IMG/VR virus record: IMGVR_UViG_3300046690_000348
Location: 2,927 to 66,926 of that record
From: a virus
Strand: one strand, 5' to 3'
DNA length: 64,000 nt
The position numbers and the translations under genes were made by a program. Of this stretch, positions 19,753 through 27,912 are shown piece by piece. The notes under the pieces were generated by a model, which had not been told where the DNA came from, did no database searches, and worked only from the letters and a program-made list of their open reading frames with translations. Within the stretch, counting starts at the first letter, position 1, and every line of letters begins with the position of its first letter.

Positions 19753-20979
19753 TCACGCCGGGACGGTTTCCTCGTCGTCGGCAGCCGCTTCGGCGGGGAG
19801 ACCCTCACGGATCGCGGCGGCGACCCGTGCCGCGGTCCAACGACCGTCGACCTCGACGCCGAGCGTGCGGGCGATGTGAAGCAGATCAGCCTTGTCGCGT
19901 CCTTCCAGTCCGTCGCCGACGACCGGGATCTCCTCATCCTCGGGCAGCGGCGAGTTGATCGCCTCGACCAGTTCCTCCATGAACGCCTGCTGCTCGGGTG
20001 CGAGCGGTGGTTCGGTGATGGTGGGCCGGATCTCCGGTGGCGCCAGCCACGCGTCGACTCGTTCCTTGACCCAGTTGAACGCGGCGGCGGCGTCCTCGGC
20101 GAGCAGATCGTCGGGGGCGCCGAACGCTGCGACGAACGCCAGCTTCAAGTCGGAACGCTCGGGCGGGTCATCGACCAGATCGAACTGGGCGAGGATCATG
20201 TTCACGTCGGCGCGACCGATCCGTTGGATGCCACCGTCGATCCACGTCGCGTAGGCGTAGGCGACGTCGGCGCTGTAGCTCGGCTCGACATCGGACATCG
20301 TGAGTTCCGGCGGGCACGACGACGACGTGACCGAGAAGTGGTGGTCGGGGTCGAGCGTGACGATCGTCTCGAACTCGAAGTCGATCCCGAGTCGCTGGTC
20401 CGGGGCGGCGCCGATCCGGCGGGTGACGTGGACGAGCCGTCCCCCCATGTCTTTCTCCTCGACCACGTACTCGGTCTTGGAGCGGATGGTGACGATGAGG
20501 TGGCACGGCAGCCGCGCCAACGAGTCGAGCATGTCGCGGTGGACCGGCGCGCCGACCTTCCAACCCGATGGTGACGAGTCCACGATGTCTTGCACTCCGC
20601 CACGCCCGGACCAGAACGGTGAGATCGAGTCGATCACGACGACACCGTTCGGGCCGACCGCCTCCGCGGCCATCTCGGCTTTGCGCACGAGCACGACCGG
20701 GTCGAATGGTCCGCCCCAGCAGTGATGCCAGAACATCCACGGCGGCGCCGTCAGGTCCGCGTTGCATTCCTCGCCCGGCGACGGGGCGTAGGCGGCGGCG
20801 CGGCGATGCTCGGTGTCGATCACCGCGACCGGCTTGTCGTCGGCGAGGATGCTCGCCCATTGGATCGCGAGGCGGGTCTTGCCTGCGCCCTTCGGTCCCT
20901 CGACGGCGACACGCGCATGGTGGCGTTCGCGGACGGCGGGGGCGAACCCGCGGGGTGGGCCGGTCTCGGTGTCGCTCAT
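19753..20979 (-). CDS. AAA_24 / Sak4-like recombination ATPase with C-terminal HeH-like tail
   Basis: GPKGAGKT, VIDTE, VVIDSIS, HLIVTIRSK.EY, P.QR.GI.FEF. Confidence 0.85.
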   Translation of the reverse strand: MSDTETGPPRGFAPAVRERHHARVAVEGPKGAGKTRLAIQWASILADDKPVAVIDTEHRRAAAYAPSPGEECNADLTAPPWMFWHHCWGGPFDPVVLVRKAEMAAEAVGPNGVVVIDSISPFWSGRGGVQDIVDSSPSGWKVGAPVHRDMLDSLARLPCHLIVTIRSKTEYVVEEKDMGGRLVHVTRRIGAAPDQRLGIDFEFETIVTLDPDHHFSVTSSSCPPELTMSDVEPSYSADVAYAYATWIDGGIQRIGRADVNMILAQFDLVDDPPERSDLKLAFVAAFGAPDDLLAEDAAAAFNWVKERVDAWLAPPEIRPTITEPPLAPEQQAFMEELVEAINSPLPEDEEIPVVGDGLEGRDKADLLHIARTLGVEVDGRWTAARVAAAIREGLPAEAAADDEETVPA

Positions 20980-21569
20980 GTTGGTGCCTCCGCGGTGTAG
21001 AACCGGCCGAGATCGAAGTCTCCGCCGGGGTCGATCTTCAAGCCGGGGACCTTCTCCCCGGTCTCCGTAACGATGGCGCGTCCGTCGATCACCTTGATGA
21101 TCGGGTCGAGCACCTTCTTCGCCTCGGTCTTGGCAATCTCCTCTTTGGTGTCGGGGATGCGCACCGCGGTGGTGGCGTTCACCTTCGCCCATTCGAGGAA
21201 CGCTGCGGCGTCGTCGTACGTCCAGCGCGGCTGAGCCTTCGCTGAACGCAGCGTGCCGGACGGCAAGTTGATCTTGAGTGCCTTCGGATCCTCTTGCAGC
21301 CGGGCGTGATGCCACAATGCGAGCGCCTGCTCCAACCATCCGATGGTGGCCTTGATCGGATCGACCTGCGCGGAGCGGGTGTCGTTCAGTTCCGCTATCA
21401 GCTTGTCGAACATCGCCTCAATGCGTTCCCGCTCAGCGCGCAAGCGCAGCAGGCGACGCAGGTAGTACATCGCCTGCACATCCTCGGCGGGCAGCGCGCT
21501 GGCTGGCGTCTCGGAGTACGCCGGTTCAGGTCCCGAAAGGACCTGCTCCATCTGATCCTCGGGTGTCAT
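20976..21569 (-). CDS. gam: Mu Gam-like host nuclease inhibitor
   Basis: N-terminal coiled coil, KINLPSGTLR, TGEKVPGL; next to the recombinase. Confidence 0.8.
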   Translation of the reverse strand: MTPEDQMEQVLSGPEPAYSETPASALPAEDVQAMYYLRRLLRLRAERERIEAMFDKLIAELNDTRSAQVDPIKATIGWLEQALALWHHARLQEDPKALKINLPSGTLRSAKAQPRWTYDDAAAFLEWAKVNATTAVRIPDTKEEIAKTEAKKVLDPIIKVIDGRAIVTETGEKVPGLKIDPGGDFDLGRFYTAEAPT

Positions 21570-21599
21570 GGGTTACACCTTACGCGAGGGGTGCGACAG

Positions 21600-22879
21600 T
21601 TAGGCCCGGACGAGCGAGTTGAGGCACACGAGGCCGTAGAACTCGCCGTTGTCGGCATCCTCCACGTAGCACATTCCCATCGTGCCGTTCTTCGGGCAGC
21701 CGAACGGTTGCATCTTGACAAGCCGGGCGCCATCAGGGATCGGGACGCTGCGCTTCGAGATCATGTCGAACAGGACAGGGTCGTAGCGGTACACCGTCTT
21801 GCGTGGCGTGCGGCCAGTGCGGATCTTGGTGGTCATTGAGTCACCTCCCATCGCCGTCATAGCGGGTGGGCGGCGTGTAGCCGAGAGCCTTCATCACGTC
21901 TTTGATGGCGTTGATCGCCGTATAGCACTTGCCTGCCACGCTGTCGACCTTGTTGGCGTCTCGGGCCTCATCTTTGATGTCGAACAGGAGGTGGAACGCC
22001 TCGGTCAGTGCGGCGTCGGTGGCGTCCATCTCGATGGCCCCGGGGCCGTTCGGGTCAGGGGGCGTGGCCTTCGGCACTGCGTTGTGGAGGTGAACGCCGT
22101 CGCCGGTGTGCATCGCTCCGAGCGTGCCATTGGTGGCCGTATAGAACCTGACCGCCTCACCGCAGTCGAGGCAGGTCGTGTAGAACGGTTCGGTCATTGT
22201 GGTGGTTTCCTTTCCGGGGATTGTCATAGGTCGTCGCGCCACTCGCGGATGGTGCGCTCGACCATCTCGCGATTGTCGGTGATTGGTAGCCCGAGCAGTT
22301 CGCTCGTCATCTCCACGATCGCCCGGTCATACTCGGGGTTCTCGCCATCCTCGCTGATCAAGCCAGCGGCGGCAGCCAGGACGTTTCCCTTGGTGTTCAT
22401 CATCCTCATTTCTTGTTCTTCGGTTTCTTCGAGCCACGCTTCGGCCAGTGACCGGCGCCGCCGACGTACTTCGTGGGGCGAGTGGTGTTCTCCGGGTCAT
22501 GGGGTCTCATCACGACTTGATTATGCGCAGATCGACTACGGTTTGTCAAGAGTGTTGCCACTCTCGATGAACGCATAGTCCCAGGCCAGACGCCCCGTCA
22601 AAGGGTCATCTTCTGGTTCACGATCCGGTTCACGGTCATCGGGGATGTCCCAACGATCGGATGGGTCGTAGCGTGGCTCGTCGTCGGGCATCAGAACACC
22701 GAGTTCTTGGCGTCGGCGCACCGGTCGGCCATCACGATCAGAGCGATCTTGCAGATCCTCGGGTTGTGCTTGCCGTCAGTCTCGATGCAGAGCGGGCATG
22801 TCGCTTTGCGCTTGAGCGCCTCGCGCAGTTCGGCCGGGGTCATCCCGACGAACTCGGCCGCGAGTTCCAGGTCTGTCAT
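21600..22879 (-). other. early small hypothetical CDS (21600-~21837, 21841-~22197, 22224-~22400, 22691-22879)
   Basis: ORFs downstream of consensus promoters; two share an AGGAAACCACC leader. Confidence 0.6.
22520..22549 (-). promoter_or_regulatory. sigma70/SigA-type early promoter
   Basis: TTGACA-18nt-CATAAT. Confidence 0.8.
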
Positions 22880-22899
22880 GGTGGTTTCCTCCTACCGGA

Positions 22900-22929
22900 A
22901 TCTTACGTCGCCGGGACGCATGTTGTCAA
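22900..22929 (-). promoter_or_regulatory. sigma70/SigA-type early promoter
   Basis: TTGACA-18nt-TAAGAT followed by AGGAGG SD. Confidence 0.8.
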
Positions 22930-22992
22930 CTCTGTTGCGGATGTCGCCGGGGTGGTGTACGCTCCGCTCAACCCCAGACCAGGAGACTGAAC

Positions 22993-23661
22993 ATGACCAA
23001 TCCAACCGCCACCCACGTCACCCTCATCGCCGACCGAACCGGGTCGATGCAGTCGGTCAAGACCGATGCCGAGGGAGCGATCAACGCGTTCCTCGCCGAC
23101 CAGCGCAAGCTGACCGACACCTGCACCCTGCTGCTCGTGGACTTCGATGACCACGATCCGTTCCGCATCGTCTACGACGGACCGGTGCAAGACAGCGTCG
23201 ACTACAAGCTCATGCCTCGCGGCAACACCCCACTGCGCGACGCAGTCGGCAAGGGCATCGTGATCACCGGCGAGCGCCTCGCCGCACTCTCCGAGGACGA
23301 GCGTCCGGCCACCGTGATCTTCGTCATCCAGACCGATGGTCACGAGAACGCCTCGCGCGAGTACACCCAGGACCAGGTCAACGCGATGATCAACGAGCAG
23401 ACCGAGAAGTGGGGTTGGACGTTCGTGTTCATGGCGTCCGGCCCGACCGCATGGGGTGCGTCGCAGGCGTACGCCGGGACGCAGATGGGCCAGAACGTCT
23501 ATCGGTCGACCGGCACGGCGAAGGGCATGACGGTCAGCACCGCCTATCTGAGCGACACGGTCAGCGCCGTCCGCGGCGGTGTCGCTGTCGCAGCGGCGTT
23601 CGCTGGCGCGGTCGACATTGACGACGACGGCACCGTCAAGACGGACGACCCGGACGACTGA
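22993..23661 (+). CDS. von Willebrand factor A domain protein
   Basis: MIDAS DRTGSM, PRGNTPLRDAVG, IQTDGHENASRE; AGGAGA SD. Confidence 0.9.
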   Translation: MTNPTATHVTLIADRTGSMQSVKTDAEGAINAFLADQRKLTDTCTLLLVDFDDHDPFRIVYDGPVQDSVDYKLMPRGNTPLRDAVGKGIVITGERLAALSEDERPATVIFVIQTDGHENASREYTQDQVNAMINEQTEKWGWTFVFMASGPTAWGASQAYAGTQMGQNVYRSTGTAKGMTVSTAYLSDTVSAVRGGVAVAAAFAGAVDIDDDGTVKTDDPDD

Positions 23662-23663
23662 CG

Positions 23664-23882
23664 TCAGGCGGTGGCTGGAACCTTGGCTCTCGCGCGGGCT
23701 TGCCCGCCGAGTGCCCCGGCCATCTGGAACGCGTCCTCCATCGACGGCAGCGACTCGGAGTAGCTCCCGTCAGCGAACCTGACGACGTACTCGATCTTCG
23801 AGTTCTGAGCCAATGGTTGCGGCGGCGCGTCCGCGGTGTAGACGATCTGCTCGGCGCTGGCGCCCTGGCATCCGCATCCCAT
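23664..23882 (-). CDS. small MGCGC-start protein of actinophage structural regions
   Basis: MGCGCQG N-terminus. Confidence 0.65.
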   Translation of the reverse strand: MGCGCQGASAEQIVYTADAPPQPLAQNSKIEYVVRFADGSYSESLPSMEDAFQMAGALGGQARARAKVPATA

Positions 23883-23883
23883 G

Positions 23884-24276
23884 TCAGGCGACCGGGACGG
23901 ACACGATGGTGTGGGTGCCGCCCGAGTAGTCGTGGACGCTCGACGGAAGCTCGATCGAACCGACCGGCGTCTCGACCGTGGGATCCGGGGTGTAGCTCAT
24001 GTCGGCCTCACCGGTCATCGGCGTCGGCGCCGTGTGCGGGTACTGCTCGCCGGGCACGATCTCGGCCGGTGCTTCCTCACCGGCCTTCACCTCGGCCGTC
24101 GCGATGGCGGTGAGGAGATCCTCGTTCGTCATCTTCGTGCGGCCACGAATGTTGAGTTCGGCGGCGCGTTCGAGCGCGGCGTCGTGGTCGGCGATGGCGG
24201 CTTCGAGTTCCTCGGTCGTCATCTTGCTGCGGCCTTTGATGTCGAGTTCGCTGGCTCGCTCGTGCAGTTCGTCCAT
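23884..24276 (-). CDS. protein with two Rho-N/HeH-like repeats
   Basis: ERASELDIKGRSKMTTEELEAAI and ERAAELNIRGRTKMTNEDLLTAI; AGGAGG SD. Confidence 0.8.
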   Translation of the reverse strand: MDELHERASELDIKGRSKMTTEELEAAIADHDAALERAAELNIRGRTKMTNEDLLTAIATAEVKAGEEAPAEIVPGEQYPHTAPTPMTGEADMSYTPDPTVETPVGSIELPSSVHDYSGGTHTIVSVPVA

Positions 24277-24295
24277 GATTCCTCCTGTAACGGGC

Positions 24296-24604
24296 TTACT
24301 CCACCGTAGTACCCGAGGAGGGCATGGGACCGAACATTGCTTCGAGGTCCGCCTGCACCCGCTTGCGCCGTCCGGCCACCAGGTCGGGATCTTCCTCACG
24401 TGGGATCCCGAAGCGTTCGGCCATCTTGCGCCACTCACCCATTCGCACCGGTTCCTCCGGGTACGCCATCTCCATGTAGGTGATGGCGACCACGGCTGCG
24501 TCGGCGTAGGTCAGGTCTCTGAGGTTGGTTCCGCCTCGGATGAGGAGTCGGGTCCAGAGTCCTCGGTCGAGGATGAGTCGACAGGCACAGGCGGCGACGT
24601 AGGG
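24296..24604 (-). CDS. tail assembly chaperone frameshift extension (gpT-like)
   Basis: -1 frame open from CCC-TAC at 24604-24599 to the stop at 24296; no good independent start. Confidence 0.6.
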   Translation of the reverse strand, partial: PYVAACACRLILDRGLWTRLLIRGGTNLRDLTYADAAVVAITYMEMAYPEEPVRMGEWRKMAERFGIPREEDPDLVAGRRKRVQADLEAMFGPMPSSGTTVE

Positions 24605-25080
24605 TCCACGTTCGCTACCGCCTCCACCCGATCGGCGGTCTTGGTGATCACGACGTTCTGCAAGTAGTTGACGAGTTCTCGGATCTCGTTCGGGTGGCCC
24701 TGTTCCAACAACGGTCGCATCATGGTGCGCTCGTCGTCCACGATCAGCATGAGCGCCGACTCGACCTGCTGGGTGAACCGGACGCGTTCGGCGTCGGGGT
24801 CACCGCGGGTGATCTCCTCGGCCTTGGTTGGCGTGTCCGGGTCCTCGGGGTCGAGGGCGTCGATCGCTATCTGCATCTTGCGGGCCTCGGTGCGCAACTC
24901 GCGGATGAGCATCGACCGGGCTGCTTGGAACTCCAAGATGTCCTCGAAGTTGATGCCGACCTTGGGGTGGAACGTGACCGTGCCCAGTTGCTTCGTGATG
25001 GGGTCGACGTACCCCCACTCGATGGGAGCGCCGAGGAGACGAACGCCGAATCGTTGAACCGGATTGGTCGGGGTGTCCAT
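24511..25080 (-). CDS. tail assembly chaperone (gpG-like)
   Basis: Follows the tail completion genes; helical body, then DPT and a Ser-rich low-complexity tail. Confidence 0.7.
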   Translation of the reverse strand: MDTPTNPVQRFGVRLLGAPIEWGYVDPITKQLGTVTFHPKVGINFEDILEFQAARSMLIRELRTEARKMQIAIDALDPEDPDTPTKAEEITRGDPDAERVRFTQQVESALMLIVDDERTMMRPLLEQGHPNEIRELVNYLQNVVITKTADRVEAVANVDPTSPPVPVDSSSTEDSGPDSSSEAEPTSET

Positions 25081-25117
25081 AGTCCCGACACCTTACACGT
25101 CCAGAGTTACGTCGTTG

Positions 25118-25513
25118 TCATCTGGTCTTGATCCAGCGGGCGTCGCGGAAACCCAACCGCACGAGACTGCGGTACAGCCACGGGTTGGCGCGCTGCCCGG
25201 CGTGGATCCGCATCACGACCCGGGCGTTCAACCGCTTGACGGTCTGCGGTCCCGCTGTCGCTTTGGCGCGTTCGCCGGTGCCCTCGTGAACGTAGAAGTC
25301 GTAGCCAGTCGGCGCCACCCACCGGCCGACCCACGCCTTGCGATCACGAAACACCTTCATCCGACGATGGCGTGACCGCAGCAGGCCGGTGTCGACCGGC
25401 ACCTCACTGCGGAACGTCGCCTGCACGATCGGGTCGATCTCATCGAAGTACTGGATCGCGATCTCGTTGTAGAACGCGTCGAGTTCAGCCAGGTTGGTCG
25501 TGACTGTCGCCAT
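25118..25513 (-). CDS. HK97 gp10-like tail completion protein
   Basis: PVDTGLLRS, YVHEGTG, H.GQRANPWL. Confidence 0.8.
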   Translation of the reverse strand: MATVTTNLAELDAFYNEIAIQYFDEIDPIVQATFRSEVPVDTGLLRSRHRRMKVFRDRKAWVGRWVAPTGYDFYVHEGTGERAKATAGPQTVKRLNARVVMRIHAGQRANPWLYRSLVRLGFRDARWIKTR

Positions 25514-25658
25514 CGACTTCCTCGATCTCGCATTCGATGGCGAACCCGGCCTCGATGAACTCATCGAGGGCGTCGTCGGACATGCCGAGCCGCTCCCGGG
25601 AAACGATCGTCCCGCGTGGTTGCGTGAGTAGGTTCGAGCGGATCTGGACGTAGCGCAT
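25485..25658 (-). CDS. small hypothetical protein
   Basis: Hand translation MRYVQIRSNLL...; TGATG overlap with the upstream gene. Confidence 0.55.
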   Translation of the reverse strand: MRYVQIRSNLLTQPRGTIVSRERLGMSDDALDEFIEAGFAIECEIEEVDGDSHDQPG

Positions 25659-26227
25659 CACGGTGGGGCGACTCCCATGTCGGCTGGTGGGATGCTCAAC
25701 GATTGGGCACCGGCCTCGACCGGGGTCGGCAGGCAGTTGATGAGATCACATTCGAGTCGCATCGTCCACCCGGAGCATTGACCCTCGGGGATGGAGTCGT
25801 TGCGGTCGAGGAACCGCAGGCGTTGCTGGGTTGGTGTGCCGCACGCCCAGAGTCGTTGGAAGGCATCCCACCATGACATGACGATCGACATTCCGGCGGC
25901 GGTCAAGTCTGGTGTCGGCGTCGCCTGCTTGCCGAGGTTCGACGGGAAGCACTCGCGGTAGTTGACGACGATCTCTTGCACGAGCGGATGAGCGCACCTG
26001 CCGGTCATAATCATCGCGGCAACGTCGGCGTCCTTCGGTGTGGTCTGGCCGGTTTCGACGCGCAGCACCCCGTGAGCGCAGTCGCCGGTGCAACCGGATG
26101 CGCAGCACGGGATGGTCTCGCCGGATCCGAGCGAACCAGTGTGAACCACGACATTCGACGGCATCGCCAGACACGCGACCACCGCGTTGATCGCGGTGAT
26201 CGGATCGGGGTAGCCAACGCTCGCCAT
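25658..26227 (-). CDS. tail terminator-like protein
   Basis: Position between tube and gp10-like genes; C-terminal P.G.C.GW motif. Confidence 0.6.
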   Translation of the reverse strand: MASVGYPDPITAINAVVACLAMPSNVVVHTGSLGSGETIPCCASGCTGDCAHGVLRVETGQTTPKDADVAAMIMTGRCAHPLVQEIVVNYRECFPSNLGKQATPTPDLTAAGMSIVMSWWDAFQRLWACGTPTQQRLRFLDRNDSIPEGQCSGWTMRLECDLINCLPTPVEAGAQSLSIPPADMGVAPP

Positions 26228-26249
26228 GCCCGAACCTTAGAGGTTCGGC

Positions 26250-26945
26250 TCAGGTGATCGTGGTGAGCACGCAGGAGTCGTGCGTGTCTGCTGCCGGGCA
26301 GGTGATGACTGCCGACGTCGACCAGGCACGCCCGGTCTGGATGTCGTTGAACTTTGGTGCCCAGTGCGACAGCCACGGCGGGAGAGTGGCCGACGTGTAG
26401 TTGTCGAACAGGTTGCCGTTCAGCAACGCCTGGCCGGTCATCACGAGCGCCGGGACGTCGGTGCCGTTGTAGGTCTCGTCGCCCGAGCGGACCCACTGGA
26501 CGATCGCCGGGATGATCTGAGCGAAGCACGGCACGGTGCCGCCGGTGCAGGCATCGGCCGACGACTCGTAGATGATCTCCAACGCCACCTTCGGGTTGCC
26601 GGTGATGTTGGAGTCCTCCCATCCGGTGATGGTGGAGCCGTTCATGTCGAGCCGCTTGTAGCCGGTGATCGACTCGAACACGGGGTGGATGCCGCAGAAC
26701 GTGAGCGCCGTCGAGAAGCCTCGGTCGGTCGGCGTCGGGAACGGCTGCGTGCAGGTGCCCCCGTTCACCTTCTTCGTCACGGTCTGCTGCGGGACGTCCA
26801 CGTTGCGGGTGAACGCAACGCTCTGCAAGGTGTCAGCGAGACCCTTGATCACCGTTCCCGTTGCGGGGGTGGCGGCGATACGGCCGCAGTCGTCCAGCGC
26901 AATCGCGGTGACACGGCGGATGTACTGGCGATCGAAACACGTCAT
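26250..26945 (-). CDS. major tail (tube) protein
   Basis: R.T.LD.CG, K.NG..C, LTFCGI.P, VALEI pattern of actinophage tube proteins; AGGAG SD. Confidence 0.75.
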   Translation of the reverse strand: MTCFDRQYIRRVTAIALDDCGRIAATPATGTVIKGLADTLQSVAFTRNVDVPQQTVTKKVNGGTCTQPFPTPTDRGFSTALTFCGIHPVFESITGYKRLDMNGSTITGWEDSNITGNPKVALEIIYESSADACTGGTVPCFAQIIPAIVQWVRSGDETYNGTDVPALVMTGQALLNGNLFDNYTSATLPPWLSHWAPKFNDIQTGRAWSTSAVITCPAADTHDSCVLTTIT

Positions 26946-27055
26946 GGCGTTGCTCCTCGGCTACATGCGGGTAGTACCACGCCGATCATGTTTGCACGTG
27001 AGCGAGGGCAAACCGCGGATTGTCTCATACCGCGGCGACATTCCAGCCGGGACGA

Positions 27056-27847
27056 CTAGAAGTCGTCGGCGCGGAGCATCCCGGCGCGGCGAGCCAACCC
27101 ACTCGGGTTGACCTGCTTGATCCACGAGTCGACCACGTACAGGCCGGTCAATCCTTGGGACAGGAAGTCCATCGGATCCACGAAGCCGATGGTGACACCC
27201 TGGCGCGACACGGTTTGGACTCGTTGGGGGAGTTCGCATTCGTTGCCCGACAGGGACTTGGCGATCTCGCAGGCGTAGACGCCGGTCGCGATCTGTCCGC
27301 CTTCATCAACGGGGCGCCCGTACACGTACTCGACGGACCACGAGCCGACAGCGTCGTCGGCGGCGTCGTCGGCTTGGCAGCGCGGCCATGCGCCGCCGTC
27401 CATGCGGATCAGCCGCCGCCCGGCCAGCCGGTACGCCGAGGGGTCGAGGACGACTCCGTCGATCTTCACTTCGCGGACGCTGCGGATGCGATGGTTGGGC
27501 AGCACGATCTGGGAGACGCGCGCGCAGGCGCAGCGGCGGCTGACACACACACCGCACTGGACCCGCGCCCACGGCAGGTATGACGCGAAGGGTTCCCCGG
27601 CGATGTAGACGTAACGGGGCTGGGGCGGGTTGAACAGTTGGAGGCCGTTGCAGTCCTCCATGCACGGCCGGATGGTGCGCGCACACAGACCGAACTGCCG
27701 CCCGGACGCTGCGTGCAGGACGCCGATCGCCATCTTGTCGGCGGCGACGCCGACCTCGTAGGACACGTTGGCGTCGCATAGGTCGATGATCGACCATGCG
27801 CAGCCAGTAACAGGCTCGACGCCCGAATCGAGGACCTGCCACGTCAT
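27056..27847 (-). CDS. head-to-tail adaptor
   Basis: L.A.SGRQFGLC..TIRPC, V.IDGVVL, WP.CQ, C.LP.RV..VSRQGVT, G.TG...VD.W...NP. Confidence 0.8.
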   Translation of the reverse strand: MTWQVLDSGVEPVTGCAWSIIDLCDANVSYEVGVAADKMAIGVLHAASGRQFGLCARTIRPCMEDCNGLQLFNPPQPRYVYIAGEPFASYLPWARVQCGVCVSRRCACARVSQIVLPNHRIRSVREVKIDGVVLDPSAYRLAGRRLIRMDGGAWPRCQADDAADDAVGSWSVEYVYGRPVDEGGQIATGVYACEIAKSLSGNECELPQRVQTVSRQGVTIGFVDPMDFLSQGLTGLYVVDSWIKQVNPSGLARRAGMLRADDF

Positions 27848-27912
27848 GCGGCAACCGTACCTCTCGCAGATGACACCGATGTGGTTACGCCGCTGTCATT
27901 AGTGTGGCAGCC

